A stretch of 64,000 nt of DNA from an uncultured Actinomycetota bacterium (lineage in GTDB: Bacteria > Actinomycetota > Actinomycetes > Propionibacteriales > Nocardioidaceae). Below, one piece after another: positions 39,318-49,712 of this stretch. Location: the NCBI GenBank assembly GCA_963845655.1, contig CAWJTB010000002.1:498970-562969 (forward strand), written 5' to 3'. Under the pieces are notes generated by a model that was not told the origin of the DNA, did no database searches, and saw only the letters and a program-made list of their open reading frames with translations. The translations under genes and the position numbers were made by a program. Numbering within the stretch: the first letter of the stretch is position 1; the number at the start of each line of letters is the position of its first letter.

Positions 39318-39718
39318 TGATGGACCTTCCGGAATCGCTCGATGACCGCCGACGACCGATGTCGACGACTCAGGTCCCCGGGCCTTGGGCGCCGGAGAAC
39401 CACGTCAGCCTAACCGGCGCCGTCAGCGCGTCCTAACCCGTCCCGTCCTGCCCGACGCCGGGAGGGGCAACGACGCCCGGCCGGGATCGACGACGGGCGC
39501 GCTCCGGCTCCGTCAAAATCGGACAAATTCCTCCCTTAGTACTCAAGTCCCCCTCCGGAGCGACCGAGACTCCTTGTGCAGGCCCTCGGATCCCGGTTCG
39601 AGCGCTTGCCCGCACGCCGAGGATTCCCCCTCACCTCCAGAACGGAACTACCCAGCGGGTCGCAGCACCGAGTCGGTGCGCCCCGTGTCGCTCGCAGGCC
39701 TTGGGAGGGGCCTTTGAG

Positions 39719-40327
39719 ATGAACCTTCACCGCATGCTGCGCCCCGCGCTGCGAACCCTGAGCGCCGGCCTCGTGACCGCCGTCGCCGTCACCACCCTGG
39801 CCGCCCCGTCGGCCACCACGGCCGGCCACGAGGGCGACTCGTCCTCGGAGCCGACCATCTCCGCGGGCAAGGAGGGCCTGAAGAAGCGGGTCGCCTCCCT
39901 GGAGACCAAGAACCCCACCGGCCTCGACCTGATCGCAGTGACCGCCTCGCCGGCCGTCAGCACGGGCAGCTACGAGGGACAGGTCGGAGCGGCCGTCAAC
40001 GCCGTCCGCCGCCAGCACGGCCTTCGGGCCCTGACCTGGCAGAGCTGCACCGACCGGATGGCCGAGGGCTGGAGCGCGAAGCTGGCCTCCACCGGAGCCT
40101 TCTACCACCGCTCGATGTCCACGGTGCTGCGCAGCTGCCGCGCCCGGTACGCCGGCGAGACCCTCGGCCGCGGCAAGATCAGCCCGCAGACCCTGGTGTC
40201 GATGTGGATGAACTCCCCCACCCACCGCAGCGTGCTGATGAGCAGCAAGCCCACCCGCCTCGGCGTGGGCGCCACGCCGAACAGCAAGGGCGAGTGGGTC
40301 GTCGCGGCGAACTTCACCCGCTTCTAG
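39719..40327 (+). CDS. Secreted CAP (SCP-like) domain protein
   Basis: Signal peptide; VNAVRRQHGLRAL, FYHRS, GETL, WMNSPTHRSVLM and LGVG motifs. Confidence 0.88.
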   Translation: MNLHRMLRPALRTLSAGLVTAVAVTTLAAPSATTAGHEGDSSSEPTISAGKEGLKKRVASLETKNPTGLDLIAVTASPAVSTGSYEGQVGAAVNAVRRQHGLRALTWQSCTDRMAEGWSAKLASTGAFYHRSMSTVLRSCRARYAGETLGRGKISPQTLVSMWMNSPTHRSVLMSSKPTRLGVGATPNSKGEWVVAANFTRF

Positions 40328-40409
40328 AGGCACCGCACCACGTTCGCGGCGAGGTCTCCCGGCCACATCTCGGGGTGAACTCCTCCCGCACGGACTCAGC
40401 ACCACCACC

Positions 40410-40447
40410 ACGAACGGCCACCCGCCTCCTGGCGGGTGGCCGTTCGT
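40410..40447. terminator. 17-bp perfect hairpin after the CAP gene
   Basis: ACGAACGGCCACCCGCC-TCCT-GGCGGGTGGCCGTTCGT. Confidence 0.7.
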
Positions 40448-40519
40448 CGTTGCGCGGGGTGCCCCCGGGTGCCCCCGCTCCGTTCCCGCGCGCCGGATGC
40501 GCGGGCGGGTGGCACGAGA

Positions 40520-40549
40520 AGAGCCACCCGCGTCTGCGCGGGTGGCTCT
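40520..40549. terminator. 13-bp hairpin downstream of the minus-strand HTH gene
   Basis: AGAGCCACCCGCG-TCTG-CGCGGGTGGCTCT. Confidence 0.6.
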
Positions 40550-40620
40550 CGTCGTCGTGGGCGTGCTGGTGAAGCGGTGGCCGGCAGGCCGGACCCGGCG
40601 CCCGAGGCGGGTCCCGACGC

Positions 40621-40836
40621 TCAGCCGGTCTGGAAGAAGCTCTTGCGGAGGTACTCGTTGACCGCGTCCTCCGGGACTCGGAACGACCGACCGACGCGGA
40701 CCGCGGGCAGCTCACCCGAGTGGACCAGCCGGTAGACCGTCATCTTGGACACACGCATGACCGAGGCGACTTCTGCCACGGTCAGGAACTTGACGTCGGA
40801 GATGTCTCCCGAGGTCGGGCCGATGTTCGAGGCCAT
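40621..40836 (-). CDS. Small excisionase-like HTH DNA-binding protein (HTH_17; Rv0500A-like)
   Basis: FLTVAEVASVMRVSKMTVYRLVHSGELPAVRVGRSFRVPE. Confidence 0.9.
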   Translation of the reverse strand: MASNIGPTSGDISDVKFLTVAEVASVMRVSKMTVYRLVHSGELPAVRVGRSFRVPEDAVNEYLRKSFFQTG

Positions 40837-41072
40837 GATGCACCGCACTTTCGCGCACATGCGCCCCCCGGCTTCCCCACCGGAGACCCTTCGTATGTGC
40901 TTCTGTGAGAGTAGAGCCTAGTGTGACCTGTGAGGAAGAGGGGAACGCTTGACCGACATTTTGCTTTCGTCCCCGCGTGTCGGCTAGACAAGCCCGGAAC
41001 TCCAGCGATTCGGGGTGACGGTACCCCGTCGGCGCCACTCCGAATCAGGTCGTGAACCCCAGCGCGCCGCGG

Positions 41073-42275
41073 CTACGGCAGCGGGTCCAGGCCGTGCAGC
41101 GGGAAGACTGCCTCACGGGTGGCGTGGATGGCGCGATCGAGCCACACGCCGGGGTCGTAGCCGGTGGCCCAGTCGCGATAGGCCGGGGTGCGGCCGTCGG
41201 TCATCCGGAACGGCCCGGTGCGCCCCAGGAGCTGCTGCACGTGCGCCCGCCAGCCCTCCGGTGTCGCGGTCTGCGGGTCGAGGGGTGTGCCGGCCACGAT
41301 CGCCAGCAGGTGCGTCCACGCGCGCGGCACCACGTCGACCACGGCGTAGCCGCCCCCTCCGGTGACCAGCCAGCGGCCGTCGCTGACCTCGTGCGCCAGG
41401 TCGTGCAGAGCCAGGTACGTCGCCCGCTGGCCGTCCACGGTCAGCATCAGGTGCGCCAGCGGGTCCTCGATGTGCGAGTCGCAGCCGTGCTGGGTGACCA
41501 GGACGTCGGGGGCGAACTCGCGCACCAGCGGTGGGACGACCGCGTGGAACGCGCGCAGCCAGCCGGCGTCGGAGGTGCCGGGGGGGAGCGCGACGTTGAC
41601 CGCGCTGCCCTCCGCACCGGGCCCGCCGGTGTCGGCCGGGAAGCCGGTGCCCGGGAAGAGCATCTGGCCGGTCTCGTGCAGGCTGATGGTGAGCACTCGG
41701 GGATCGTCGTAGAAGATCTTCTCGACCCCGTCGCCGTGGTGCACGTCGACGTCGACGTAGGCGACCTTCTCGACCCCCTGGTCGAGCAGCCACTGGATGC
41801 CGACCGCGATGTCGTTGTAGACGCAGAAGCCGCTGGCCCGGTCGGGCATCGCGTGGTGCAGGCCGCCGGAGATGTTCGCCGCGTGCAGGCTCTCGCCCGA
41901 CCACACCTGACGGGCGGCCTCGACCGTCGCGCCGACGACGTGCGCGGACGCCTCGTGCATGCCACTGAACGTGGGGTTGTCGTCGCTGCCCAGCCCCCGG
42001 CGCGAGTCGTACCGCTCGGGGTCCCGGCTGGCCAGCCTGACCGCGTCGACGTAGTCGGCGTCGTGGACCGTGCCGATGAGCTCGTCGGAGGCCATCGGGG
42101 CGGGCACGCACCGCAGCTGGTCGCCGCTCGCGGTCTCCCCCTCCGCCGCCAGCACGCCGAGCTCGCGGGCCAGCAGCACGGTGAGGTCCACCCGGAGCGG
42201 GGACATCGGGTGCGCGTCCCCGAAGTCGTAGGCGGTGAGCGTCGGGTCGAACACGACGCACGCGGGGCCGGACAT
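41073..42275 (-). CDS. acuC: AcuC-like zinc-dependent deacetylase (histone deacetylase family)
   Basis: HPMSPLR, GGLHHA, GFCVYND, DVDVHHGDG, QHGCDSH and GGGGY motifs. Confidence 0.9.
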   Translation of the reverse strand: MSGPACVVFDPTLTAYDFGDAHPMSPLRVDLTVLLARELGVLAAEGETASGDQLRCVPAPMASDELIGTVHDADYVDAVRLASRDPERYDSRRGLGSDDNPTFSGMHEASAHVVGATVEAARQVWSGESLHAANISGGLHHAMPDRASGFCVYNDIAVGIQWLLDQGVEKVAYVDVDVHHGDGVEKIFYDDPRVLTISLHETGQMLFPGTGFPADTGGPGAEGSAVNVALPPGTSDAGWLRAFHAVVPPLVREFAPDVLVTQHGCDSHIEDPLAHLMLTVDGQRATYLALHDLAHEVSDGRWLVTGGGGYAVVDVVPRAWTHLLAIVAGTPLDPQTATPEGWRAHVQQLLGRTGPFRMTDGRTPAYRDWATGYDPGVWLDRAIHATREAVFPLHGLDPLP

Positions 42276-42391
42276 GGCGTGGACACTACCCGGGTGTGAC
42301 GAACGTCGCGGCGCCCGTCCGCGCGGCGTCCCGCGGTCCGTCGTACGACGGATCCGGTTGTCATCACGCGAGTCGGCACTACGATCACCAG

Positions 42392-43891
42392 GTGAGTACG
42401 TCGATCAACCACTGGATCAGCGGCGCGTCCCACGCCGGCATCGCACCCGGCGAAGGACGCACGTCGCCGGTGCACAACCCGGCGACGGGGGAGGTGACCG
42501 GCCTGGTGTCGCTCGCCGAGGCCGACGACGTCGCGCTGGCGGTCGCCACCGCCAAGGACGCGGCGGCGCAGTGGCGGCACAGCTCGCTGGCCAAGCGGGC
42601 CTCGGTGCTGTTCGCCTTCCGGGAGATCCTGCACGCCCGCACCGACGAGCTCGCCGCCGTGGTCACCGCCGAGCACGGCAAGGTGCTGGCCGACGCCGGC
42701 GGCGAGATCGCCCGCGGCCTGGAGAACGTCGAGTTCGCCACCGGGGTGCCGCACCTGCTCAAGGGCGGGTTCTCCGAGCAGGCCTCCACCGGGGTGGACG
42801 TCTACTCGATCCGGCAGCCGCTCGGGGTCGTCGCGGGCATCACGCCGTTCAACTTCCCGGTGATGGTGCCGCTGTGGATGTGCGCCAACGCGATCGCCTG
42901 CGGCAACGCGTTCATCCTCAAGCCGAGCGAGAAGGACCCGTCCGCCTCGCTGCTGCTGGCCCGCTGGTGGCAGGAGGCCGGGCTTCCCGACGGCGTCTTC
43001 ACGGTCCTGCAGGGCGACCGCGTCGCGGTCGACGGGCTGCTCACCCATCCCGACGTCGCCGCGCTGAGCTTCGTCGGCTCCACGCCGATCGCGCGCCACG
43101 TCTACGAGACCGGCACGCGGCACGGCAAGCGGGTGCAGGCGCTCGGCGGCGCGAAGAACCACATGGTCGTCCTGCCCGACGCGGACGTCGACCTCGCCGC
43201 CGACGCAGCCGTGTCGGCGGCCTACGGCGCGGCGGGCGAGCGCTGCATGGCGGTGTCCGTGGCCGTCGCGGTCGGCGATGTCGGCGACCGCCTCGTCGAG
43301 GCGATCGCGACCCGGCTCCCCAAGCTCACGATCGGCGACGGCGCGGAGCCGGGCACCGACATGGGTCCCCTGATCACCGGCGAGCACCGCGACCGGGTCG
43401 CGGGCTACATCGCCTCGGGTGCCTCCTCGGGCGCGCAGGTCGTGGTCGACGGTCGCGAGGCGGACGTGCCTGCCGAGGGCTTCTTCCTCGGCACCACGCT
43501 GCTCGACCGGGTCGGCACCGACATGGAGGTCTACACCGACGAGATCTTCGGCCCGGTCCTGTGCGTGGTCCGCGCCGAGGACTACGACGAGGCGCTGCGG
43601 ATCATCAACTCCAACCCCTACGCCAACGGCACCGCGATCTTCACCCGCGACGGCGGCGCCGCCCGGCAGTTCCAGTACGACGTCGAGGTCGGCATGGTCG
43701 GCATCAACGTGCCGATCCCGGTCCCGGTCGCGTCGTACTCCTTCGGGGGCTGGCGCTCGTCGCTGTTCGGCGACCAGCACATGTACGGCCCCGAGGGCAT
43801 CACCTTCTACACGCGCGGCAAGGTGGTGACGTCGCGCTGGCCGGACCCCACCGAGTCGCAGGTCGACCTGGGCTTCCCCCGCAACCGCTGA
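42392..43891 (+). CDS. mmsA: CoA-acylating methylmalonate-semialdehyde dehydrogenase
   Basis: ITPFNFP, LKPSEKDP, FVGSTPIA, GGAKNH, AGERCMA, EIFGP and GINVPIPVP motifs. Confidence 0.9.
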   Translation: MSTSINHWISGASHAGIAPGEGRTSPVHNPATGEVTGLVSLAEADDVALAVATAKDAAAQWRHSSLAKRASVLFAFREILHARTDELAAVVTAEHGKVLADAGGEIARGLENVEFATGVPHLLKGGFSEQASTGVDVYSIRQPLGVVAGITPFNFPVMVPLWMCANAIACGNAFILKPSEKDPSASLLLARWWQEAGLPDGVFTVLQGDRVAVDGLLTHPDVAALSFVGSTPIARHVYETGTRHGKRVQALGGAKNHMVVLPDADVDLAADAAVSAAYGAAGERCMAVSVAVAVGDVGDRLVEAIATRLPKLTIGDGAEPGTDMGPLITGEHRDRVAGYIASGASSGAQVVVDGREADVPAEGFFLGTTLLDRVGTDMEVYTDEIFGPVLCVVRAEDYDEALRIINSNPYANGTAIFTRDGGAARQFQYDVEVGMVGINVPIPVPVASYSFGGWRSSLFGDQHMYGPEGITFYTRGKVVTSRWPDPTESQVDLGFPRNR

Positions 43892-43897
43892 GCGAGG

Positions 43898-44707
43898 CTA
43901 GTCGCTGCCCTCGGCGAGCGCGCGAGACCGGTCGCGCGCGGCCTCGACCGCGGTCAGGAACGCCGCCCGGACCTTGTGGTCCTCGAGCTGCCGCAGAGCG
44001 GCAGCGGTCGTGCCGCCGGGTGAGGTGACCTGCTCGCGCAGCACGGTCGGGTGCTCGCCGGTCTCGCGCAGCAGCTTGGCCGAGCCGACCACGGTCTGCA
44101 CGACGAGCTCGGTGGCCGTGCCCCGCGGCAGTCCGAGGTGCACGCCGGCCTCGATCATCGACTCGACGACGAAGAAGATGTAGGCGGGACCCGATCCGCT
44201 GATCGCGGTCACCGCGTCCTGCTGGCGCTCGGGCACCCGGAGCACCTTGCCCGTCGAGGCCATCAGGGCCTCGGCCTCCTCCAGGTGCGACTCGTCGCAG
44301 TGCGACCCCCGGGAGATCGCGGCCATGCCCTCGTCGACGAGGGCCGGCGTGTTGGGCATGACGCGGACCACGGCGATGCCCTCGGGCAGCCGGGCCTCGA
44401 TGAAGGCGGTGGTGATGCCTGCAGCGAGCGACACGACCAGCTGGCCGTGGCCGAGATGCGGAGCGATCTCGTCCAGGACGTCGCCCATGTCCTGCGGCTT
44501 GACGACGAGCACGACGGTCTCGGCCTTCTGGGCCGCCTCGGCGTTCGACACGACCGAGACGCCGTACCGCTCGGTGAGCTCGGCCGCGCGGTCACGACGC
44601 TTCTCCCCGACCAGCAGGTCCTCGGCGCGCCACCCCGAGCGCACCAGCCCGGAGAGCAGCGTCTCCCCCATCACTCCGGCACCGACGACCGCGACCAGCT
44701 TGCCCAT
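43898..44707 (-). CDS. proC: Pyrroline-5-carboxylate reductase
   Basis: GAGVMG, VKPQD, RVMPNTP, SGSGPAY and VTSPGGTT motifs. Confidence 0.96.
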   Translation of the reverse strand: MGKLVAVVGAGVMGETLLSGLVRSGWRAEDLLVGEKRRDRAAELTERYGVSVVSNAEAAQKAETVVLVVKPQDMGDVLDEIAPHLGHGQLVVSLAAGITTAFIEARLPEGIAVVRVMPNTPALVDEGMAAISRGSHCDESHLEEAEALMASTGKVLRVPERQQDAVTAISGSGPAYIFFVVESMIEAGVHLGLPRGTATELVVQTVVGSAKLLRETGEHPTVLREQVTSPGGTTAAALRQLEDHKVRAAFLTAVEAARDRSRALAEGSD

Positions 44708-44716
44708 GTCGAGCTC

Positions 44717-45676
44717 CTACTTCTTGGAGACCAGCGAGCGCACGAAGAACGACAGGTTGCTCGGTCGCTCGGCGAGGCGGCGCATCAGGTAGCCGTACCA
44801 CTCCTGGCCGTAGGGCACGTAGACCCGGACCTTCTCGCCGGCCTCGGCGAGGCGACGCTGCTCGTCGGGACGGATGCCGAAGAGCATCTGGTACTCGTAG
44901 CTGCCCTGCGCCCGGTCGTTGCGGGTGGCGAGCGCGCTGGCGATGTCGACCATCCGCGGGTCGTGCGAGGCGACCATCGGGTAGCCCTGGCCGGCCATCA
45001 GCACCTTGAGGCAGCGCACGTAGGACTTGTCGACGTCGTGCTTGGCCGCGAAGGCCACCGACTCCGGCTCGTTGTAGGCGCCCTTGCACAGCCGGACCCG
45101 CGAGCCCTCGTAGGCCAGGTCGCGACAGTCGGCCTCGGTGCGGTGCAGGTAGGACTGCACCACCGCGCCGGTCTCGGGGAAGTCCTTGCGCAGCTCGAGC
45201 AGCGTGCCGAGCGTGGAGTCTGTGGTGGTGTGGTCCTCCATGTCGAGGGTCACCGTGGTGCCGGCGTTGCGGGCCGCGTGGCAGATCGTCCGGGCGTTCT
45301 CGAGCGCGATCTTCTCGCCCTCGGCAACCGGACCCCGGCCGGGCTGGCTGCCGGCGCCGATCGCCTGGCCGACCGCCGAGAGCTTGACCGACACCTCGGC
45401 GTTGCGCGCGAGGCCTCCGTCGGCGAGACCGGCGAGCACGTCGAGGTAGGCCTTGACGGTGGCGTCGGCCTGGTCGCGGTCGTAGGTGTCCTCGCCGAGG
45501 AAGTCCAGCGTGACGTGCAGTCCGGCCTCGACCAGGTCGCGGGTCGCGTCCACGGCGTTCGAGGTGGCCTCGCCGGGCACGTAGCGGGCCACGATGCCCC
45601 CGGAGACCGGCATCGAGGTGACGAAGCTCTTGACCTTGTCGCTGCGCGAGAGCATCAGCAGTGGCTGACGAAGCAC
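44717..45676 (-). CDS. Monofunctional proline dehydrogenase
   Basis: SVKLS, DMED, RLCKGAY, ASHD, YQMLFG and YVPYG..WYGYLMRRLAERP motifs. Confidence 0.92.
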   Translation of the reverse strand: MLRQPLLMLSRSDKVKSFVTSMPVSGGIVARYVPGEATSNAVDATRDLVEAGLHVTLDFLGEDTYDRDQADATVKAYLDVLAGLADGGLARNAEVSVKLSAVGQAIGAGSQPGRGPVAEGEKIALENARTICHAARNAGTTVTLDMEDHTTTDSTLGTLLELRKDFPETGAVVQSYLHRTEADCRDLAYEGSRVRLCKGAYNEPESVAFAAKHDVDKSYVRCLKVLMAGQGYPMVASHDPRMVDIASALATRNDRAQGSYEYQMLFGIRPDEQRRLAEAGEKVRVYVPYGQEWYGYLMRRLAERPSNLSFFVRSLVSKK

Positions 45677-45776
45677 GGATCTCCTCCACTGGTCCGTTCG
45701 GGCTGCCAGGGTGCAGCTGACGCTCAGGCTACGCGCCGCCGGCGTCGGTCCGGCCACGGCACCGTCTGACCGGTCC

Positions 45777-46517
45777 TCAGACCGTACGGCGGCGCAGGGT
45801 CGCCGCACCGAGGGCGAGCCCGGCCAGCGCGAACGCGACGACCACGGCGAGGTCGGACCAGAAGCCGGGGACCGTCGTGGTCGTGGCGACGGACTGCATG
45901 GCGTCGACGGCGTAGGACAGCGGCAACCCGTCGGAGATCACCTCGAGCACGCGCGGCATCGCCTCGCGCGGCAGGAACAGCCCGCACAGCAGCAGCTGCG
46001 GGATCACGAGCGCGGGCATGAACTGCACGGCCTGGAACTCCGTGCGCGCGAACGCCGAGACGAACAGGCCCAGGGCGGTGCCGAGGACGGCGTCGGCGAC
46101 GGCCACCACGACCAGCATCCACACCGGGCCCTCGACGGCGAGGCCGAGCAGGCCGACCGAGACCAGCACCGCGAGCGTGGACTGCACCGCGGCGACCAGC
46201 CCGAACGCGACCGCGTAGCCGCCGAGGAAGTCGCCCTTGCCGGTCGGCATCGCGAGCAGCCGCTCGAGCGTGCCCGACGAGCGCTCCCGCAGCGTGGTCA
46301 CCGACGTGACCAGGAACATCACGATGAAGGGGATCAGTGCCAGCAGCGACGGGCCGAGCCGCGTGAACCCCCCGCCGCCGCCCTCCCCGTCGAACATCCA
46401 CCACAGCAGCGCCAGCAGCAGGCAGGGCAGGACGAGCAGCATCGCGAGGGTGCGGTGGTCCCGCCGCAGCTGGGTCAGCACCCGCGCCGCGACGGCGAGG
46501 GTGACCCGGGGGCTCAT
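45777..46517 (-). CDS. ABC-2 type transporter permease
   Basis: LRERSSGTLERLL and ARTEFQAVQFMP motifs; six TM segments. Confidence 0.9.
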   Translation of the reverse strand: MSPRVTLAVAARVLTQLRRDHRTLAMLLVLPCLLLALLWWMFDGEGGGGGFTRLGPSLLALIPFIVMFLVTSVTTLRERSSGTLERLLAMPTGKGDFLGGYAVAFGLVAAVQSTLAVLVSVGLLGLAVEGPVWMLVVVAVADAVLGTALGLFVSAFARTEFQAVQFMPALVIPQLLLCGLFLPREAMPRVLEVISDGLPLSYAVDAMQSVATTTTVPGFWSDLAVVVAFALAGLALGAATLRRRTV

Positions 46518-47230
46518 GACTGCTCCTCGACGAGGCGGAGGAAGGCGCCCTCGATGTCGTCGGAGCCCGTCTGCTCGAGCAGTGCCTGCGGGGTGTCCAC
46601 GGCCAGCAGCGCCCCGTCGCGCATCAGCAGCAGCCGGTCGCATCTCTCGGCCTCGTCCATGACGTGGCTGGAGACCAGCACCGTCGTGCCGGCCTCGGCG
46701 AGCCGGTGGAACATCGCCCACAGGTCCCGGCGCAGCACCGGGTCCAGGCCGACGGTCGGCTCGTCGAGCACCAGCACCTCAGGGTGGCCCAGCAGCGCGA
46801 CCGCGAGCGAGGCGCGCGAGCGCTGGCCGCCCGAGAGCCGGCTCACGACGTGGTCGCGGCGGTCGCCCAGCGCAACGGCCTCGATGCAGCGGTCCACCTC
46901 GGCGGCCGCGGCGCCGAGCACCCGGGCGAAGAAGCGGAGGTTCTCCGCGACCGTCAGGTCGTCGTAGACGCTGGGCGCCTGGGTGACGTAGCCGACCCGG
47001 TCGCGCAGCCGCCGGTCGCCTGCGGGCAGCCCGAGGACCTCGACCGTGCCGGACCGGACGACCTGGACGCCGACGATCGCGCGCATCAGCGTGGACTTGC
47101 CGCAGCCCGACGGGCCCAGCAGCCCGGTGACCTCGCCCGGTCGCGTCGAGAACGTGACACCGCGCAGGGCATGGACGTGCCCGCGGCGCACCTCGAGGTC
47201 CCGCACGTCGATGAGGGCGTTATTCATCAT
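46514..47230 (-). CDS. ABC transporter ATP-binding protein
   Basis: GPSGCGKST, LSGGQ, LDEPTVGLDP and SSH motifs. Confidence 0.93.
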   Translation of the reverse strand: MMNNALIDVRDLEVRRGHVHALRGVTFSTRPGEVTGLLGPSGCGKSTLMRAIVGVQVVRSGTVEVLGLPAGDRRLRDRVGYVTQAPSVYDDLTVAENLRFFARVLGAAAAEVDRCIEAVALGDRRDHVVSRLSGGQRSRASLAVALLGHPEVLVLDEPTVGLDPVLRRDLWAMFHRLAEAGTTVLVSSHVMDEAERCDRLLLMRDGALLAVDTPQALLEQTGSDDIEGAFLRLVEEQS

Positions 47231-47239
47231 GCGTTGAAT
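47222..47239. promoter_or_regulatory. Putative TetR operator overlapping the ABC ATPase start
   Basis: AT-rich inverted repeat ATTCA-N8-TGAAT immediately downstream of the adjacent tetR. Confidence 0.5.
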
Positions 47240-47292
47240 TGTGCGCGCAGGACGGAACGGCGTCAAGCACCAGCACCGTGCTCGCAGGCGGC

Positions 47293-47928
47293 TCAGCCGG
47301 CAGGGTGCCGCCCGGCACCGGGACCAGCGGGCGCGAGCGCCCCCGTCAGGTAGCGCTGCAACGTCGGCGCGACGGCCGCAACGAGCTCGTCCTGCGACAT
47401 CGAAGCAAGTGGTTCGAGCTCCAGCACGTAGCGCGCGACGACGAGGCCCAGCATCTGGCTGATCACCAGCGACGCGCGGCGCTCCGGCTCGTCGGGCAGT
47501 GCGGCATGACGGATGGGACCGAGGATCATCCGCAGGATCCCTTGTTGCAGCAGGGATTCCGGGGACTCGTGCGCGAGGCTGGACCGGACCACGGCCAGCA
47601 GCGGCAGGCGCGCCGCGGGGTCGTCCCACACGCTCAGGAACAGCCGGAGCAGGCGCTCCCCCGCGACCTCGACGCCGTCGGCGAACGCCTGCGGCACCAG
47701 CGTGCGCGGGTCGACCGGGATCTGCAGAGCAGCGAGGAACAGGTCGTCCTTGGAGCCGAAGTAGTGGTGCACCAGGGCCGGATCCACACCCGCCTCACCG
47801 GCGATGGCGCGGATCGTCGTGCCTCCGAAACCTCGGTGGGCAAAGGACTCCCGGGCTGCGTCGAGGATCTGGCCACGGGTGTCCGGGCCGCCGGGACGAC
47901 GACCGCGCGACCGTGACGCGGTGGTCAC
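47293..47928 (-). CDS. TetR family transcriptional regulator
   Basis: [16 protein letters not shown]...[24 protein letters not shown]. Confidence 0.92.
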   Translation of the reverse strand: MTTASRSRGRRPGGPDTRGQILDAARESFAHRGFGGTTIRAIAGEAGVDPALVHHYFGSKDDLFLAALQIPVDPRTLVPQAFADGVEVAGERLLRLFLSVWDDPAARLPLLAVVRSSLAHESPESLLQQGILRMILGPIRHAALPDEPERRASLVISQMLGLVVARYVLELEPLASMSQDELVAAVAPTLQRYLTGALAPAGPGAGRHPAG

Positions 47929-48710
47929 GAGGCGTCCGGGGCGGACGCGAAGTTGAGCCGGGTGAAGGCCAACGACTCCACGAGGTCGAGCTCGCGGGCC
48001 TCGCGATCGGCGGCCTTGCGGGTGTTGATCTCCAGCACCACGTGCCCGCCGAAGTCGACGTCGGCCAGGTGCTCCAGCAGCTCGACCACGGGCTGGGTGC
48101 CCCGGCCGGGCACCAGGTGCTCGTCCTTCGCGGAGCCGGTGCCGTCGGTGAGGTGGATGTGGCGCAGCCGGTCACCGAGCCGGCGGGCCATCTCGACGGG
48201 GTCGGACTGCGAGACCGCCGAGTGGGACAGGTCGATCGTGGTGTTGGCGTAGTCCTGCTCGGAGGGGTCCCAGCCCGGGACGTAGACCTCGACCGCGCGG
48301 CGCGAGGCGCGCCAGGGATACATGTTCTCCACGGCGAAGGCGACGCCGGTGCGCTCCTCGAGCTCCGCGATGCCCTCGACGAAGCCGCGCGCGTAGTCGC
48401 GCTGCCAGCGGAACGGCGGGTGCACGACCACCACGTCGGCGCCGACCGCGACCGCCATCTCGGCGCTCTTCTCGAGCTTGCCCCACGGCTCGGTCCCCCA
48501 GACCCGCTGGGTGATCAGCAGGCACGGCGCGTGCACGGCGCACACCGGGATCTCGTGGTAGTCCGACAGGTGGCGGACCGCGTCGATCTCCTGGCTGATC
48601 GGGTCGATCGCGACCATCACCTCGACGGCGTCGTAGCCCAGCCGCGAGGCGAGCTCGAAGCCGTTCGCCGTCGACTCGGGGTACACCGAGGCGGTGGACA
48701 GGGCGATCAC
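47925..48710 (-). CDS. Sugar phosphate isomerase/epimerase family (TIM barrel) protein
   Basis: [34 protein letters not shown] and VLEI motifs. Confidence 0.85.
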   Translation of the reverse strand: MIALSTASVYPESTANGFELASRLGYDAVEVMVAIDPISQEIDAVRHLSDYHEIPVCAVHAPCLLITQRVWGTEPWGKLEKSAEMAVAVGADVVVVHPPFRWQRDYARGFVEGIAELEERTGVAFAVENMYPWRASRRAVEVYVPGWDPSEQDYANTTIDLSHSAVSQSDPVEMARRLGDRLRHIHLTDGTGSAKDEHLVPGRGTQPVVELLEHLADVDFGGHVVLEINTRKAADREARELDLVESLAFTRLNFASAPDAS

Positions 48711-48735
48711 CGTCCGAGCGTATCGAGCCCGGTCC

Positions 48736-49680
48736 TCAGCGACGAGCGGGCGCCCGCCGCGCGCCGATCTGGTCGAGCCGCTCCAAGATGATGCCCTCGC
48801 GCAGCGCCCACGGACAGATCTCCAGCTCCGGCAGGTCGAACAGGTCCATCACGGCGTCCGCCACGAGCGCCCCGGCCACGATCTGGTGCGCCCGGCTCAG
48901 CGAGACGCCGGGCAGCTCGGCGACCTCGTCGGCCGACATCTCCAGCAGGTCGGGGACCAGGTCGCGCAGCGTCGCGGCGTCCAGCACCCGTCGTACGAGG
49001 GGCCCGTCGCCCAGCGGCGCCGCTCCGCAGATCCGGGCCAGCGACCGGAAGGTCTTCGACGTGGCCACCGCGTGGTCGGGACCCTGCCGCAGCAGCGAGC
49101 CGGCGTCGCGGGCCACGTCCGCGCGGATCCGCTTGCGCAGCTCGCGTACGGCGTCCGCGTCGAGACCTGCCGAGAGGTGCTCCCGGGTCAGCCGGGCGGC
49201 CCCCAACGGCAGCGACTGCGCGACGTCCGGGGCCTCGTCGGAGCCGACCGCGATCTCGAGCGAGCCGCCGCCGATGTCGAAGACCACCAGCCGACCCGAC
49301 GACCAGCCGAACCAGCGACGCACGGCCAGGAACGTCAGCCGGGCCTCGTCCTCGCCCGGCAGCACCTCGATGTCGACCCCGGTCGCGTCGCGCACGTGGC
49401 GCAGGACGTCCTCGGAGTTGGTGGCGTCGCGGACCGCCGAGGTCGCGAAGCCGAGCATGTCCTCGCAGCCCTTGTCCTCCGCGATGTCGACGGCGGTGGC
49501 GACGAACCGCGTGAGCGCCTCGACCCCGGCCGCGTCGACCGCGCCGGTCTCGTCGAGGTGCTCGGCCAGACGCAGCGGCTCCTTGTGCTTCGAGGCCGGC
49601 ATCGGCGCGGCGCCGCGATAGGCGTCGACCACGAGGAGATGCCCCGTGTTGGACCCGATGTCGAGCACGCCCAGCCTCAT
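48736..49680 (-). CDS. Ppx/GppA family exopolyphosphatase
   Basis: [29 protein letters not shown] and WALREG motifs. Confidence 0.92.
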   Translation of the reverse strand: MRLGVLDIGSNTGHLLVVDAYRGAAPMPASKHKEPLRLAEHLDETGAVDAAGVEALTRFVATAVDIAEDKGCEDMLGFATSAVRDATNSEDVLRHVRDATGVDIEVLPGEDEARLTFLAVRRWFGWSSGRLVVFDIGGGSLEIAVGSDEAPDVAQSLPLGAARLTREHLSAGLDADAVRELRKRIRADVARDAGSLLRQGPDHAVATSKTFRSLARICGAAPLGDGPLVRRVLDAATLRDLVPDLLEMSADEVAELPGVSLSRAHQIVAGALVADAVMDLFDLPELEICPWALREGIILERLDQIGARRAPARR

Positions 49681-49712
49681 GCAGGGAACCCTAGCGACGT
49701 AGTGTTGCGCGC

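Noticed and set aside
39665-39679. GCACCGAGTCGGTGC, identical to the terminal hairpin of the S. pyogenes tracrRNA
   Set aside because: It is a short GC-rich palindrome with no anti-repeat, cas9 or array nearby, so it is treated as coincidence within the leader structure.
40621-40836. Excisionase marking a prophage or integrative element
   Set aside because: No integrase, att site or tRNA nearby; this HTH gene is a conserved core neighbour of proC and bS22 in actinobacteria.
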